20,000 nt of DNA from Microbotryum violaceum (GCA_001244265.2 CDLV01000016.1:1040118-1060117), one strand, 5' to 3'; counted from the first letter of the stretch, positions 9,301-20,000 are shown. Translations and numbers: made by a program. Notes: generated by a model from the sequence alone, not told the origin.

Positions 9301-10273
9301 GATCTTCGAAGCTTCGGAGTGGGTTTTTGCGACCCATCGGGCTAAGGGCCTCGAGATCTTTATCGCCGACTTGGAAGAGGTCGAAGCCTTGCCGCGACAT
9401 GAAGTTATGCAACATTTGGAAGGGGTTGGCGAGGAGGCTTGCATGCGGTATTTGGAACATGTTGTGCACGAGTTGGATGAGAGAGGAGCCGAGTTTCATG
9501 AGAAATTGATCGAGGTTTACTTGAGGAGGGTGTTGGAGGGTGGGCAAGGTAACGTTGGGGATGAAGAGGGGTACAAGAAACTACTCGCTTTTCTCGAGGC
9601 GTCAAAATCGTACCGTGCGGATCGAATGTTGGGACGATTACCCGTTTCAGATTCGACCTCGGTGGTCGCTGGAACGAGAAATTCGAGCATGACTAAGAAG
9701 GACGAAGCGCTCGCGCTCGTTCGTGCACTCTTGTTGGGTCGTCTCGGTCGACACGAAGGCGCATTACAAATTTACGTTTACCAACTCTTCGCTCCTGAAC
9801 TCGCAGAGGAGTATTGTCGTCGCGTCGTCGCTACCGAACAAGATATCTTTCACATCCTCTTACGCATCTACCTACGCCCGAGGAGGAACGATCAAAAAAT
9901 CATGTTCGAACCTGCGTTGGAGTTGATCAAAAAGAATGCGCTTTACCTCGACCCCATCGTCGTCTTTGATCTTCTACCACCGTTGATCTCGATAGGGAAA
10001 CTTAAAATCTTTCTTGAGAAAACGTTACGTCGTTCCGTCCAAGTCAAGAATGAGACACTCGTACTCAAGGGGATTACGAAAAGTTTTTTGGAGAAAGAGG
10101 AGAGGGATAAAGTTGATTTGGAAGAGAGGAGGGTCAAGATTAATGAAGGGAGGGTTTGTCCCGTTTGTGGTAAACGTTTGGGGAAGAGCGTTTTGGCGAT
10201 CTTTTTACCGAGGGGTGAGGTGGGTCATTATCAGTGTCGTGAGGCGTTTCAGCAGAGTAGGATGGACTTGTAG
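6334..10273 (+). CDS. VPS39: HOPS tethering complex subunit Vam6/Vps39 (CNH domain, Vps39 domain 1, clathrin-type repeat, C-terminal Zn finger)
   Basis: Exons about 6334-6415, 6478-6552, 6636-6740, 6828-7652, 7722-8989, 9072-9142 and 9214-10273, all GT-AG and in phase. Motifs: RIYLGTDKGSLLVF, VDTALFKSYL...GPLCRIDNWCEVEEVEEAL, KYRELLDLY, RALLLGRLGRHEGALQIYV, CPVCGKRLG...GHYQC. Confidence 0.93.
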
Positions 10274-10460
10274 GGTTTTGTGCCTGGGGGTGGGTGTAAT
10301 ATTATCAAAAGTGCGTAGTTTAGATCTCTCTCTAAACCTCGGGATTAGGGGGAAACACTTTTATTGGAAAACAAGGACAGTTGTATTACACACACTCTTT
10401 CTGCAACCCAAAAGCACGAATTCCCCCCCCCCCCTCATCAACTCTCATCAACTCAATAAA

Positions 10461-13400
10461 TCACCCCCCTCGAACTCGAAACGATAACCCCTTCCCTTCC
10501 CCTTCCCCAGGCTCGAAATCATCATTCGAGTTCAAAGTCGACGACGACATTTCCCTCGTAGTAGGATTCGTATTCGAATGATTCGCATGTTTCGATCCAG
10601 TCGAAGAACCGAAATCGAAATGGAATAACCTAGAACGAGTTTTGGTTTTCTTCTTTGAACCTTCTTCTTCAAAGGCGGTCGTTGTTCCTAATGGGGGTTG
10701 TGATTTTGAAGAAGAGGAGAATAAGGATCGTGTTGAACGAGTGAAATTTTCGGTATCGTAGAGAAGTGAGGTAGGATTATTAGTAGAAGAGGTTGAAGGG
10801 ATTGGGGGTGCGTAACAGGTTTCGATTAATGAACTTGAACTTGAGGATCGGTTATGAGGTTCCTTTGCTGAAGGTGTGGTTGGTGGGGTTGGTTGAGGGA
10901 GGTGAGGAAGTGATTTTTGAGTTGGTGTTGCTCGGGTGGTTGGATCAAAGATGACTTCGTCCGTGGAGCGTAGGGACCAACTTTGGCCTGAGGTAGGGGA
11001 GATGAGTGTTGGGTTTGAGTTGGGATGATTAGTTCCATTTCCGTTTACGTTGTAGGAGTTTCTTTGAGTTGTGCTGATTGGGGGTGGTAGGAATTTGGAA
11101 CGATTACTTGAAGTGTAGGATTTGATTGAGCGTCGATCGGAGGAGTTGACTACTACGCTCGAAGGTCGATAACCGTTCATGGGTGGTGGTCCGATAGGTG
11201 CGATTAGTGGTGGGGTGTAAGGAACGCCTCTCAGGGAATCGATGGAGGAAGTCGAGGCGGAACGCGTCTTGGAGAGCGAATTCATCGATGGAGGACAGAA
11301 ACGACGCGCGTTGGGTACCTTGGTTAGCGTCGATAAGGGTGGGGGTGGAGCTAGTTCCTCGCTGGTCGGAAGTGAATCCATAGTCGTATCGTAGAATCCG
11401 TACACCGGTCTCGGACCCGCATACCCATTCGATCGAGTTGGTACCTGAGAGTCGGATTGATGACGTGGGAAAAGATCGCCACGTGCCGGAGCGGGTGGGA
11501 CCGAACTGGCTTGTTGCTGCTTTTTGTCATTCCCTCCACCTCCAACCAGTTTCGAGAAAAATCCCTTGAGTCCCTTCTTCTTTTTGGCCAATCCGCTTTC
11601 CTTTTCAGATAGTTTTTTACCCCGTAAAAGTTCACCTTCTTCGTCACGATGAAGTAGTCCGTCATTGACGTAGGTGCAAGCTTCGTTACCTATGTTGGGG
11701 TGTCGAGCGACGTACGAATCCGACATTGACGGATAGCCCGGATTGAGATAAGGATGATGACCTCCGCCAGTCGGATGATTTGAGATCGTCGACGAGAGGA
11801 AACCACTTCGTCCGTGATGATGTTGGTAATTCGCTAGACCATGTTGAGCATGTTGGTACCGATCTGCTTCGAGCCCTAGATGCATCTCGACCATCGATCC
11901 ACTAGGTGCGAAACTGGGCGCGAACGAGAGCACCGACTGTGATGCCGACTGACGAAATTTGGACCAGGTCGATACGCGTCGGTTCGTGTGGAGCGAGGAG
12001 CGGTCGTCTTGGGGGTACAAGAAGGAAGGTGCTCGACCGGGTGAAGAAGGAGGGTGACCAAATTGGGGTGGTGGGGAACCGCCGTCGGTGCCGTCGCGCG
12101 GCGTCGCACGCGTCGAATTGGGCCGCGACGAGATGGAGCGCAAGTCAGTCGAGCTGCGGCCAAACTTGTTCGCAAAAGAGGTGAATCCCGTCGACGGTGA
12201 AGGTGTCGTCAAAGTCGATGCTCGATCGCGCAAGTTTGGTGAGGCGGACCCTCCGTTCGTCATCGCGACGCTTGTGCTCAGGATAGGGTTCGAAGATCGT
12301 CGCAGCGGGTTCGAGAGCCAAGGCTGATCGCCATGGGCGTAGTTGCGAACCGAAGCCGAGGCGGGGGATGGCTGGAGAGTAGGGAGAGATGGTGTGGAGG
12401 TGGGTATCGACATGCTAGAGTTGCGATGGTCGTATGCATTCGTGAGCGGTGCCGAAGAAGAGGTGGGTTCGTTCTGCAGTGACGTGCGCGACTGATTCGG
12501 CCCTTGAGCACGGGATATGCGTTCGTCCATGGCGTCGAGGGGCAAGTGTGCCGACCCTCTCCATGGCGACGACGATCGTGGCTGGTGATGGCGGGGACCA
12601 AAGGTCGCAGGACCAGCAGCCGTAGGACTCGACAAAGTGGCGGCGAGAGCAGAGCCGGCCGAGTTCAAGACGGGGAGCTGATACGAGTCACCTTCATAGT
12701 GTTCGCTTCTAATTTCCCTGTGGAGCTGCTGTTGCTGGGCTTCGCGTTTCTGTCGATGCAGCTCGTTAAAGTGGACCTGGGTCGCGAGGTAGGTCTGCAA
12801 CGTTCGCCAGCGATGAGCTGAAGCCGGTGGGTTCTGCGACGCAAAAGAGGTGTCAGCGGGGGGCCAAATTTACGAGAGGGTGGAAAAGTGGACTGACCAT
12901 GCTCGTCCACAACTTGAGCGCGGCGGTCGTCAAAGGGTGACCTCGTCCTATCCGCTTCCTCGTCATGATCGATGATGCTCCTCCTCCGCTAAGGGCATGA
13001 CCGTACGAACTCGGTCCCGTCGCCGATTCGCGACTACCTCCTGCCGTCCTTCTTATACCGTTGATGGAACCATGCGCTCCAAGACTGCCACTCTCTTCGG
13101 AACCTCCTGCTCCTGCTCCGGTCTTGTGGTGATCGGAATTGGTCATGGTCGCGGCGATTTCGTCGTCCCATCTGAGCGCGTCCTCAAAATCAATGTCCGA
13201 ATCGCGATCCCATACGTGAGGCCCGGTGACGTCGACGTCGTCCATGTCCTTGTCGCGCATCATGCACTCGACGCAGACTTCGGGTTGAGGGATTAGGTGG
13301 GGAGGTGGGAGGGCGGCGACGGGTCGTGGAGGGTCGATAAAGTCGAGGGGTGCCGAGGTCGAGGCGGAGAAGGGGAGAGGGAGGGCGATGGTGGGGGAGG

Positions 13401-14364
13401 CGGCGGGGGACGAGGCCGAGGTCGGTGCTGGACCGAGTAGAGGTGCGTTGCGAAGGACCGAACTACGACCGACGCCGGCCATGGAGCCTGAAGGTTGTTC
13501 GACCGCGGAGGTGGTCGTGGTCGTGGTCGTGGCCGTGGTGATGGGGGGCGGGAGAGGGGATCTCGGACTGGTAAAGGGGTCAACTTTGGCGGCTGTGGGT
13601 GCGTCGGTGCCCAAGGGGGAGGTGAATACTTGAGGTATGGTGCTCAGCGAGAGGTTGCGACCGGACACGGCAGGTCGGGTCGAGGTCTCGGCTGGATCGG
13701 CGCTGGTGGTCGTGACGGGCAGCGAAGCCGAACGGACCGGTGCTCCCGGTACGAGAGATGGCGGGAGAGCAGGTGACAGGGTAGGAACGGGTTGGCACAG
13801 TGGCACAAAAGGGGCATAGCTCGCGCCGGGTGGAAGACTGGCGCTGGCACTCGCACTCGTGCTCGCAGCGGCGAACGTCGGATAGGGGGGCGACGGCGAG
13901 GACGAGGACGGGAGGTGATAGGATGTCGTTTGAACATGCACGCGCGTTGATGGCTGCTGGTGACGGGTGGGGCTGGTGTGGTCACGTCGTCGTGGTCGTG
14001 GTCGTCTTGAAGGAGGAGGAGGAGCTTGAGTGCCAGCACGAGTGCCGGTGCTGTGGTCGGTCGAGCGTGGAGGTGAGCGTGGAGGTGACGGTGGAGGTGA
14101 GCGTGACCGGGATTTGCCCGTGTCCGTGTCGTACACCGAGGTCAAAATCGACGTCGACGCGCGTGTACGGGACGAGGTAGACTCGTAGGTGATCGTTCCC
14201 ATCGGAATCAAATAAGGTTGTGGTGGCTGGACCGGGTTAGACGCGTCGTCGTCGTCGTCGTCGTCGTCGGCGGCGGTGGTGGTGCGAGTCGTCACCGTCA
14301 CTGAGCTCGTGTGCCGATGATCAGATCGAGGCGGTTGCCTGAGCGTCGACGTCGACGAGTCCAT
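10461..14364 (-). CDS. Hypothetical ~1279-aa Ser/Pro/Thr-rich, largely disordered protein with short ordered motifs
   Basis: Two long ORFs are joined by intron 12897-12834 (GTCAGT...CTGAC...GCAG), giving LKLWTSM|NPPASAHRWRTLQTYL. The first in-frame ATG is at 14364 and the stop is at 10461. Confidence 0.8.
14245..14268. repeat. (GTC)8 microsatellite encoding poly-Asp
   Basis: Eight GTC units read as D8 in the minus-strand CDS. Confidence 0.9.
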
Positions 14365-14905
14365 TTCCGAGCACGACCAGATTACACCGTCATGCGTCGT
14401 ACCAGTACACGCTCTCAACGCGAGACTGCGGTCCGAGTCGTCCGCCGGCGATCAGCACATGTGCCAGCATTCATGAGGAGTCTGAGACCCAGAGCAGAGA
14501 CGGACACTCACCAGCTGACACGCGTGCGGACGGTTAATGTAGGAAGAACGATCTTGACAGAGAGGAAAGCAGCACAATCTGAAACGCGTGTGTGGTGTGC
14601 GCGCACGAGCACGAGCACGAGCACACGCCGCCCCGTCGTCAGGCCGCGTCAGGAGTGATAGTCAGCGACTTGTTCAAGTCTATTTAAGTCTATTTGCGCT
14701 ATTAGCCCTGCGTTTACCGCCTGCGCTTGCCGCCTGGGCTTGCCGCCTGCGCTGGACTGATCACGCGCCCGCTCGCGCTCTCACTCGCGCCCACTCGCGC
14801 TCGGACCCACTCGGCACACTCTTCAGCGCCTCAGCGATCTCAGCAGCTCTTGGCACCCGCGCGGCTCATCCCACACGCACCCACCTCCCTCAACCGCCGC
14901 CGACG

Positions 14906-17274
14906 ATGAGCTCTACGTCAAAGCTGTGGCCACCGACGATCGTGTCGTGCTCAGGCAAGGTCTTGCTCGCCGGAGGTTACCTCGTACTCGCTCGTCACCA
15001 CCACGGCTTTGTGCTGTCCACCCCGTCGAGGTTCTACACCGTAGTACGCGATTGCAATCTCTCACAAGAACGAGAGCGAACCGATCCTTTGACGTTCAAG
15101 ATCACGGTCGACTCACCTCAATTCGTGGGAGCGAGATGGGTGTACGACGTCGCGAGGGCTGAGCACGCCGACGGCACGGACCAGTGCATAGTACGACCTG
15201 ACCGGTGAGTGCACTTACCCGAGTAACGATCCCGGAACGTACACACCCCTCAACCGGTTCTGAGCTTCGACTGGCCATCCACGCAGGAACAACGCATCTT
15301 CCAATCCTTTTGTGCATCTCGCGATCCAGTCGACCCTCTTGCTCGCTTCGGCCTTGTTCCCTTCGCTCGGCAGCTCGCTCGCCCTCTCCGATCTGCACAT
15401 CGTCGTGGTCGGATCCAACGACTTTTACTCCCAGCAACGTGCAGTGAGTACGCTACGGAGTAAAAGGGGGGGAACTAAACCAGCGCTGACAGTGAACGAG
15501 CCTAACCCTACAGGACTCGACCGAAAGCTCACCGTCTCTGAAACCCTTTGCCCATCTCGGCTGCGCGATCGCGGACGTCCACAAGACCGGCCTAGGTTCC
15601 TCCGCCGCCATGACCACCTCCCTCGTCGCCGCCTTACTACTCCACCTCGACTCGAGAGCCTCCAACCTCTGTTCCCCTCTTCCTCCTCCTCCTCCTCCGA
15701 ACTCTTCGACCCAATTCGCTACCCCCCCATCTTCGAACGCGTCAAGCACTTTATCAACTTCCCTTTCTTACCCAATCAAATTCCCCAAGAACCTAATCGC
15801 CAATTCTCAACTCAGGATTGATCAGGGTACGTTGGGATTGATTCATAATTTGGCGCAGTACGTGCATTCACTCGCGCAGGGTAAAATTGGAAGTGGTTTC
15901 GACGTCTCCGCCGCCGTTTGGGGAAGTCAGGTTTATAGGCGTTTTGAAAGCGTTTGTTTGGGTCAGAGTCTCGAGGTGGGGAATATGGTTAGTGGGCAGG
16001 GTGGCTGTGTGTGTGCAGGTTTGAGTCGAGTTGGGAGTACGCTGATGAAATGTGAATCTTGACGCTGACTGCTCACAGCTCACACCGAAAGCTTTGCTCA
16101 ACCTCCTTTCGCCACTGCTCAATCCAGCATGGACGAATAATCGAACGGCACCGAACGTGGCTCCGTTTGGTTTACCACCCGGTATGACCTTGTTATTGGC
16201 TGATGTCGATGCGGGATCACATACGCCTTCGATGGTGGGCAAGGTTTTGGCGTGGAAAAAAGCCGAGAAAGAACAAGGTTAGTAGTTGGATCGTGAACCG
16301 TCCAAAGCGGGGAGGGGACCTCTTCTCACGTGTGGGAGTACGTTGTGCTGACCCCCCCGAGTCGAGTCGAGTCATTCTCGATGCTTTGTTTTAAAAGCCG
16401 ATCGCATTTGGTCCGAATTACATCAGGCTAATAATGACTTTGCTGAGATACTTGCGAAACTAAGTCGCGGAGCGAAGGAGAATCCTGAATTTTATGAAGA
16501 GCAGGTTCAGAGGTTCACTGGAATTTCGAGTAGGGAGGTGAGTAGTTTAGTTTGGATTTGGATTTTTGGGGATGGCGTCTGGTCTTGGGGGATCTGGGGG
16601 ATTGGTTTGCTGATTCGGGGTGGGCTGCGGTCGTTTGTCCGGCGTTTTAGTGGAGCGAGTTGAGTGGGTTCAAGATCGCTTCGCAGCATATTTTGGTACG
16701 TTACTTTCGAGCTGAGAGCGGATTGAATTGGTACGTCATTTACTGATAGCATCTGTGTGCTTTTTTTTTTTTTTTTTCGTCTTCGTCTTTATAGTCGATC
16801 AGAACCCTGATGCGCGAAATGGGAGAACGATCGAACGTACCGATCGAACCGGTCGAACAAACCAAGTTACTCGACGCCGTTTCGGAATTACCTGGTGTGG
16901 TAGGCGCGGGAGTACCAGGTGGTGAGTTTTGAAAATTGATTGTCGAACCCTCATCGACAAGGTGGGTTTGATGCTAATCTTTCAGGAAAACGGCCTTCGC
17001 AGCTGGTGGATACGATGCGATTTGGGTTCTTGCACTTTCTCCTCCTTTATCCGATTCCGTACTACATCCATTGGAAAAAGTACAGGATACACTGAGGGGA
17101 TGGAAGGAAATGTCCGTAAGACCACTATCGAAGCTGGCTTGGATCGTCGGGGGAAGTGGAGCAGGAGGAGGAGGAGAGGAGAGGAGTGGTTCGGCGGAAA
17201 TGGTTGGGCTTAAGAGGGAGAGGATGGAGGAGGTTCAAGGGTTGAAAGAGGTCGTTGAGGCGGTTGTGGTGTAG
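14906..17274 (+). CDS. ERG8: Phosphomevalonate kinase (GHMP kinase family, fungal Erg8 type), 8 exons
   Basis: Exons about 14906-15204, 15287-15443, 15514-15987, 16079-16277, 16398-16537, 16651-16695, 16795-16921 and 17003-17274. Motifs: SGKVLLAGGYLVL, NDFYSQ, VHKTGLGSSAAMTTS, HSLAQGKIGSGFDVSAAVWGS, VPIEPVEQTKLLD, GVPGAGGYDAIW. Confidence 0.96.
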
Positions 17275-17491
17275 ATGGATGAGAGAGCGCTTTTCATAGG
17301 GACGGAGATTGGAACGATGTCGCCGTTTGTAGTGGATGAGCCCTTGCGTGTGCATTGCAGGTTTTTTTCAGGTCTGGTTGCTTTTGTTTACACATTTTAA
17401 AAGTACGCACGCGAAGTGCACATTCTCAGTTCCTTGGGTCTACCACCGCGCGTTCCAATGACGTCACAAGGACTTCGCGCCCGCCCCCACC

Positions 17492-18446
17492 TTGGGTCCT
17501 TCACCTCCCGAAGTGATTCAGCGCCGCACAAGCACGACAGGCTCACCCACGCCTGACCACCATGACAGCGAAGCAAACACTCCGTGGCACCAACAGCATG
17601 TTTTTGAACGGGGTGAGTCCATTGGTCGAGTCTGTCGTTGGCATCGCTTACTACAGCCGTCTAATCCCGGTCAGCTTAACATACGTCGCTTTCGACTAGA
17701 GGATGTCCAGCTTTTCACTCCGACAGTCGGACCCGTCGGAGAAGCAAAGGGAGAGTTACCGAGGTGCTTCATGGAGATAGATGACAACGACAACAACACG
17801 CTCTGCGAATCCCCACCCGCCTCGGAAGAAGAAGAGATGGCTAGTAATCACACCCTTTCGATCCTGGACTCGTGAACGATTTTTTTTGTTGAGGTAACTC
17901 GGACCTCTTTTTTGTTTTTTGCTTTTGTTCACAGGATTGGTTTCGCACGCGGAACGTGATGGCTCAGTCTGTGTCGTTACTGACTGTACCAGTCATACCT
18001 ACTGCTGGCCTGTGCACATCGTTCCTCCCAGTCGACACGATGTAAGAGTGCTTCTCACCAGATTCGCAAGACCCGCCCTGACCAGAGCTATCACACTGCA
18101 GATCTGGGACAAGTTGGGCGTCAGCGGTCGCTACGGGCTATCCGCCGGCTTGCTACTCAACCTGCATTTCTACACCATGTTCGCCCATTATGCGTGGTCC
18201 ATTTACCCTTTGGGGGTCAGTCTCTACTTTCTCTCATGGTCTCGTTTCAAATCGCAGTAAAGCACTGTCACCGTCTCTAATTTACTCACCCTCCGAGTCC
18301 CAGGACGGAGAATTTGTCGTGCACTGTACATGTGTTTCGACCGCACGATCAAAACCCCCCTCGGCAAATCGCCCCATGGCCACCTCATCACGCGTGAAAG
18401 GTTCAACATCCAAAATGATACAGAGCTCCCCCATGATGAACCCTAA
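17492..18446 (+). pseudogene. Degenerate HNH endonuclease (HNH_2-like) domain gene
   Basis: Spliced core (17935-18041, 18102-18215, 18304 onward): ERDGSVCVVT...VHIVPPSRHD|IWDKL...SAGLLLNLHFYTMFAHYAWSIYPLG|DGEFVVHC. This matches the fungal pattern RDxxCxxT..AHIVP..NGLLL...H..FD...SI.P...VVH. There is a frameshift at ~18325 and a stop at 18444. The 5' part and start codon are unresolved. Confidence 0.65.
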
Positions 18447-18453
18447 CCCTAAC
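18439..18453. repeat. Short interstitial telomere-like tract AA(CCCTAA)2C
   Basis: AACCCTAACCCTAAC is 2.5 units of the TTAGGG complement. Confidence 0.7.
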
Positions 18454-20000
18454 TCTTGGCCGGGAGCACCGGCGCAGGATTTGTCGACCCACTCCGACAA
18501 ATAATTATCTGGAACGAGCCCTACTAGTTCTTTGGAACTCAATTATTAGTCCCACTCAAAAACCCCGTAGAGAAAGCGCGCCGAACCATTGTCTGAGAAA
18601 GTCTAATTCGAAAAAAAACGAAAGCGATTTTCGTCAAGGTCGAGTTTCTGCGGACGTTGCGAACGCGTGCGCAGCAACCTTTTCCGCCTTTCAAAAGCTG
18701 AGGGACATGGTCCGTGCGCAAGCGATCTGACGTGGAAACGAAGACGCGTCACGCGATAACCCGATAGGAGCGTCTGCCGGCGCGTCCTTCCGCGAATCGT
18801 TGGCTTAGGGGTTCCTTTCCGACACCCTCCGGCACATCTTCTCCTTTGGCCTCTTTCGTTTCCCTGCTCGTACTACTCGGCGTTCAGAGCGTCAATTTCG
18901 CCTTTATTAGAGGAAAGTGGGGCAGCGCTGCAGCACTAGTAGTCGCGGCCTCGGAGAGTTTTAAGTTGGAAGAAGAGGTCCGAGCGCGAAGCTCGAGGGC
19001 GTCTAACCACATGTGCTGGAGTTGAGCGTTCACCTGTAAGGTATTGTACGATGACATGGTGGAAGAAAGGCCCTATCCGGCGGAGCGTACACGGCGGGGC
19101 GACACGGGCTCACGACAGGAGCGCGACAAGTTCATTTATAGGGGCCACCGCCGCTCGGCATTTCACGTGACCTTCGCAATCTGAAAAGTGAACAGATCTG
19201 GCCAAAAATCCGAGGTTGAGGTCGGATTTTTGAAAGCGCCTCGAACGCGTTTGCTTTTCAAAAACTGAAGCGATCGCGATCGAGCTTAACCCAAAGAGGA
19301 AGGCGCGAGCGATTTCGCAAAGTCTAAAGTTCAGAATTTGAAGCGCTCGGACGGTCGTTTGGGCTTTTTGAGTGGGACTAATGGAGCCCGACTCTCGGAG
19401 TGCCCAGCCCTGAGCCTCGAAAGCTCGAACGCTTTCAACAGCCACACCACCAACCCAATACACCATAGCAATGTCACCATCGCAAATCGTAAAGAGCGGG
19501 GAGTGCGGGGTTCGGAATTTAGCTATGAAAATTGAAAAAATCAAAATCATTTTTCAGATTTATCTTTTATTTATGGAAAAATCCCAAAAAGCGCGTAGAT
19601 TGAGTAGGTTGCGCGCGCATGAGCGCGCTGTAGCGCGTGTAATGCCCCGTCCGTGCGCGGATACGGCGGGGCGAGCGAGTCTAACAGTGAGTGAAAAGCG
19701 CGCGGACCGCCAATAGGGGCCAGATACAGATGTTTTTCCTGGAAAGCGCGCAACTCCGCAGGTTCCAGAGCGCGTTAGAGACCAAAAGTGCGTCCAAGAG
19801 TGAATGACGCGCGTTTGAAGGCCCTTTGGCGCACAATTGCACGATTTTCGGCGCGCGTACAAACGAATTGTAACGCGCAAGTAGCCTCGGGCGCGCAAAT
19901 CCATTTGTTGCCCAAACGGCGGCCCATAGAGAACGGACTCGAGTACTTGCTCGCGCTTTCTCCTCCGGCGTTCTGCCGACGCACCATTGCTCGCCTCTGG
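18441..20000. mobile_element. Non-coding repeat-like DNA, possibly a transposon terminal region or non-autonomous element (unclassified)
   Basis: No credible coding frame, alternating A/T runs and CGCG-rich blocks, a 21/22 inverted repeat (18545-18566 and 19361-19382), short hairpins, and an abrupt start at the HNH truncation. Confidence 0.4.

Noticed and set aside
10461..14420. Many antisense and alternative-frame ORFs over the 1279-aa gene and VPS39
   Set aside because: They are shadow ORFs of GC-rich, low-complexity coding DNA with no motifs.
14588..14905. N-terminal extension of ERG8 in the 206-aa ORF
   Set aside because: It has a GTG start and no in-frame ATG before 14906, and Erg8 similarity begins just after 14906.
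15500..15511. CCTAACCCTAC as a telomeric repeat
   Set aside because: It is explained as the CTAAC branch site and 3' end of ERG8 intron 2.
5069..17274. A functional gene cluster, such as a terpene or sterol cluster around ERG8
   Set aside because: The neighbours (HOPS subunit, HhH protein, disordered protein) share no known pathway, and there is no synthase or tailoring enzyme.
18920..18940. GCAGCGCTGC palindrome plus CTAGT as a Helitron end
   Set aside because: The palindrome is too short, and such matches are expected by chance in this GC-rich DNA.
19110..19987. ORFs of 60-146 aa at the right end
   Set aside because: They have no recognisable motifs, overlap on both strands and lie in repeat-like DNA.

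Overview
Eukaryotic DNA, not prokaryotic. It has short GT-AG introns with CTRAC/CTAAC-type branch sites, and gene style and TE content suggest a basidiomycete fungus, possibly Microbotryum-like (inference). The window has three parts. (1) 1-4985 is transposon debris: a probable LTR retrotransposon 5' end on the minus strand (LTR, PBS, gag-like start), an ORF it appears to interrupt, low-complexity DNA, and an internally deleted Helitron with a canonical hairpin + CTRR|T 3' end. (2) 5069-17274 is a compact island of four intron-containing genes in two divergent pairs: an Amun-like helix-hairpin-helix protein (-), VPS39/VAM6 (+), a ~1280-aa low-complexity protein with short ordered motifs (-), and ERG8 phosphomevalonate kinase (+). 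(3) About 17490-20000 holds a decayed HNH endonuclease-domain gene that stops at a (CCCTAA)2 telomere-like tract, followed by non-coding repeat-like DNA with an inverted repeat. I see no clearly new multi-gene system. The best leads are the HNH pseudogene/telomere-repeat junction, the Helitron derivative and the two uncharacterised proteins. All gene models were spliced by hand; no searches were run.
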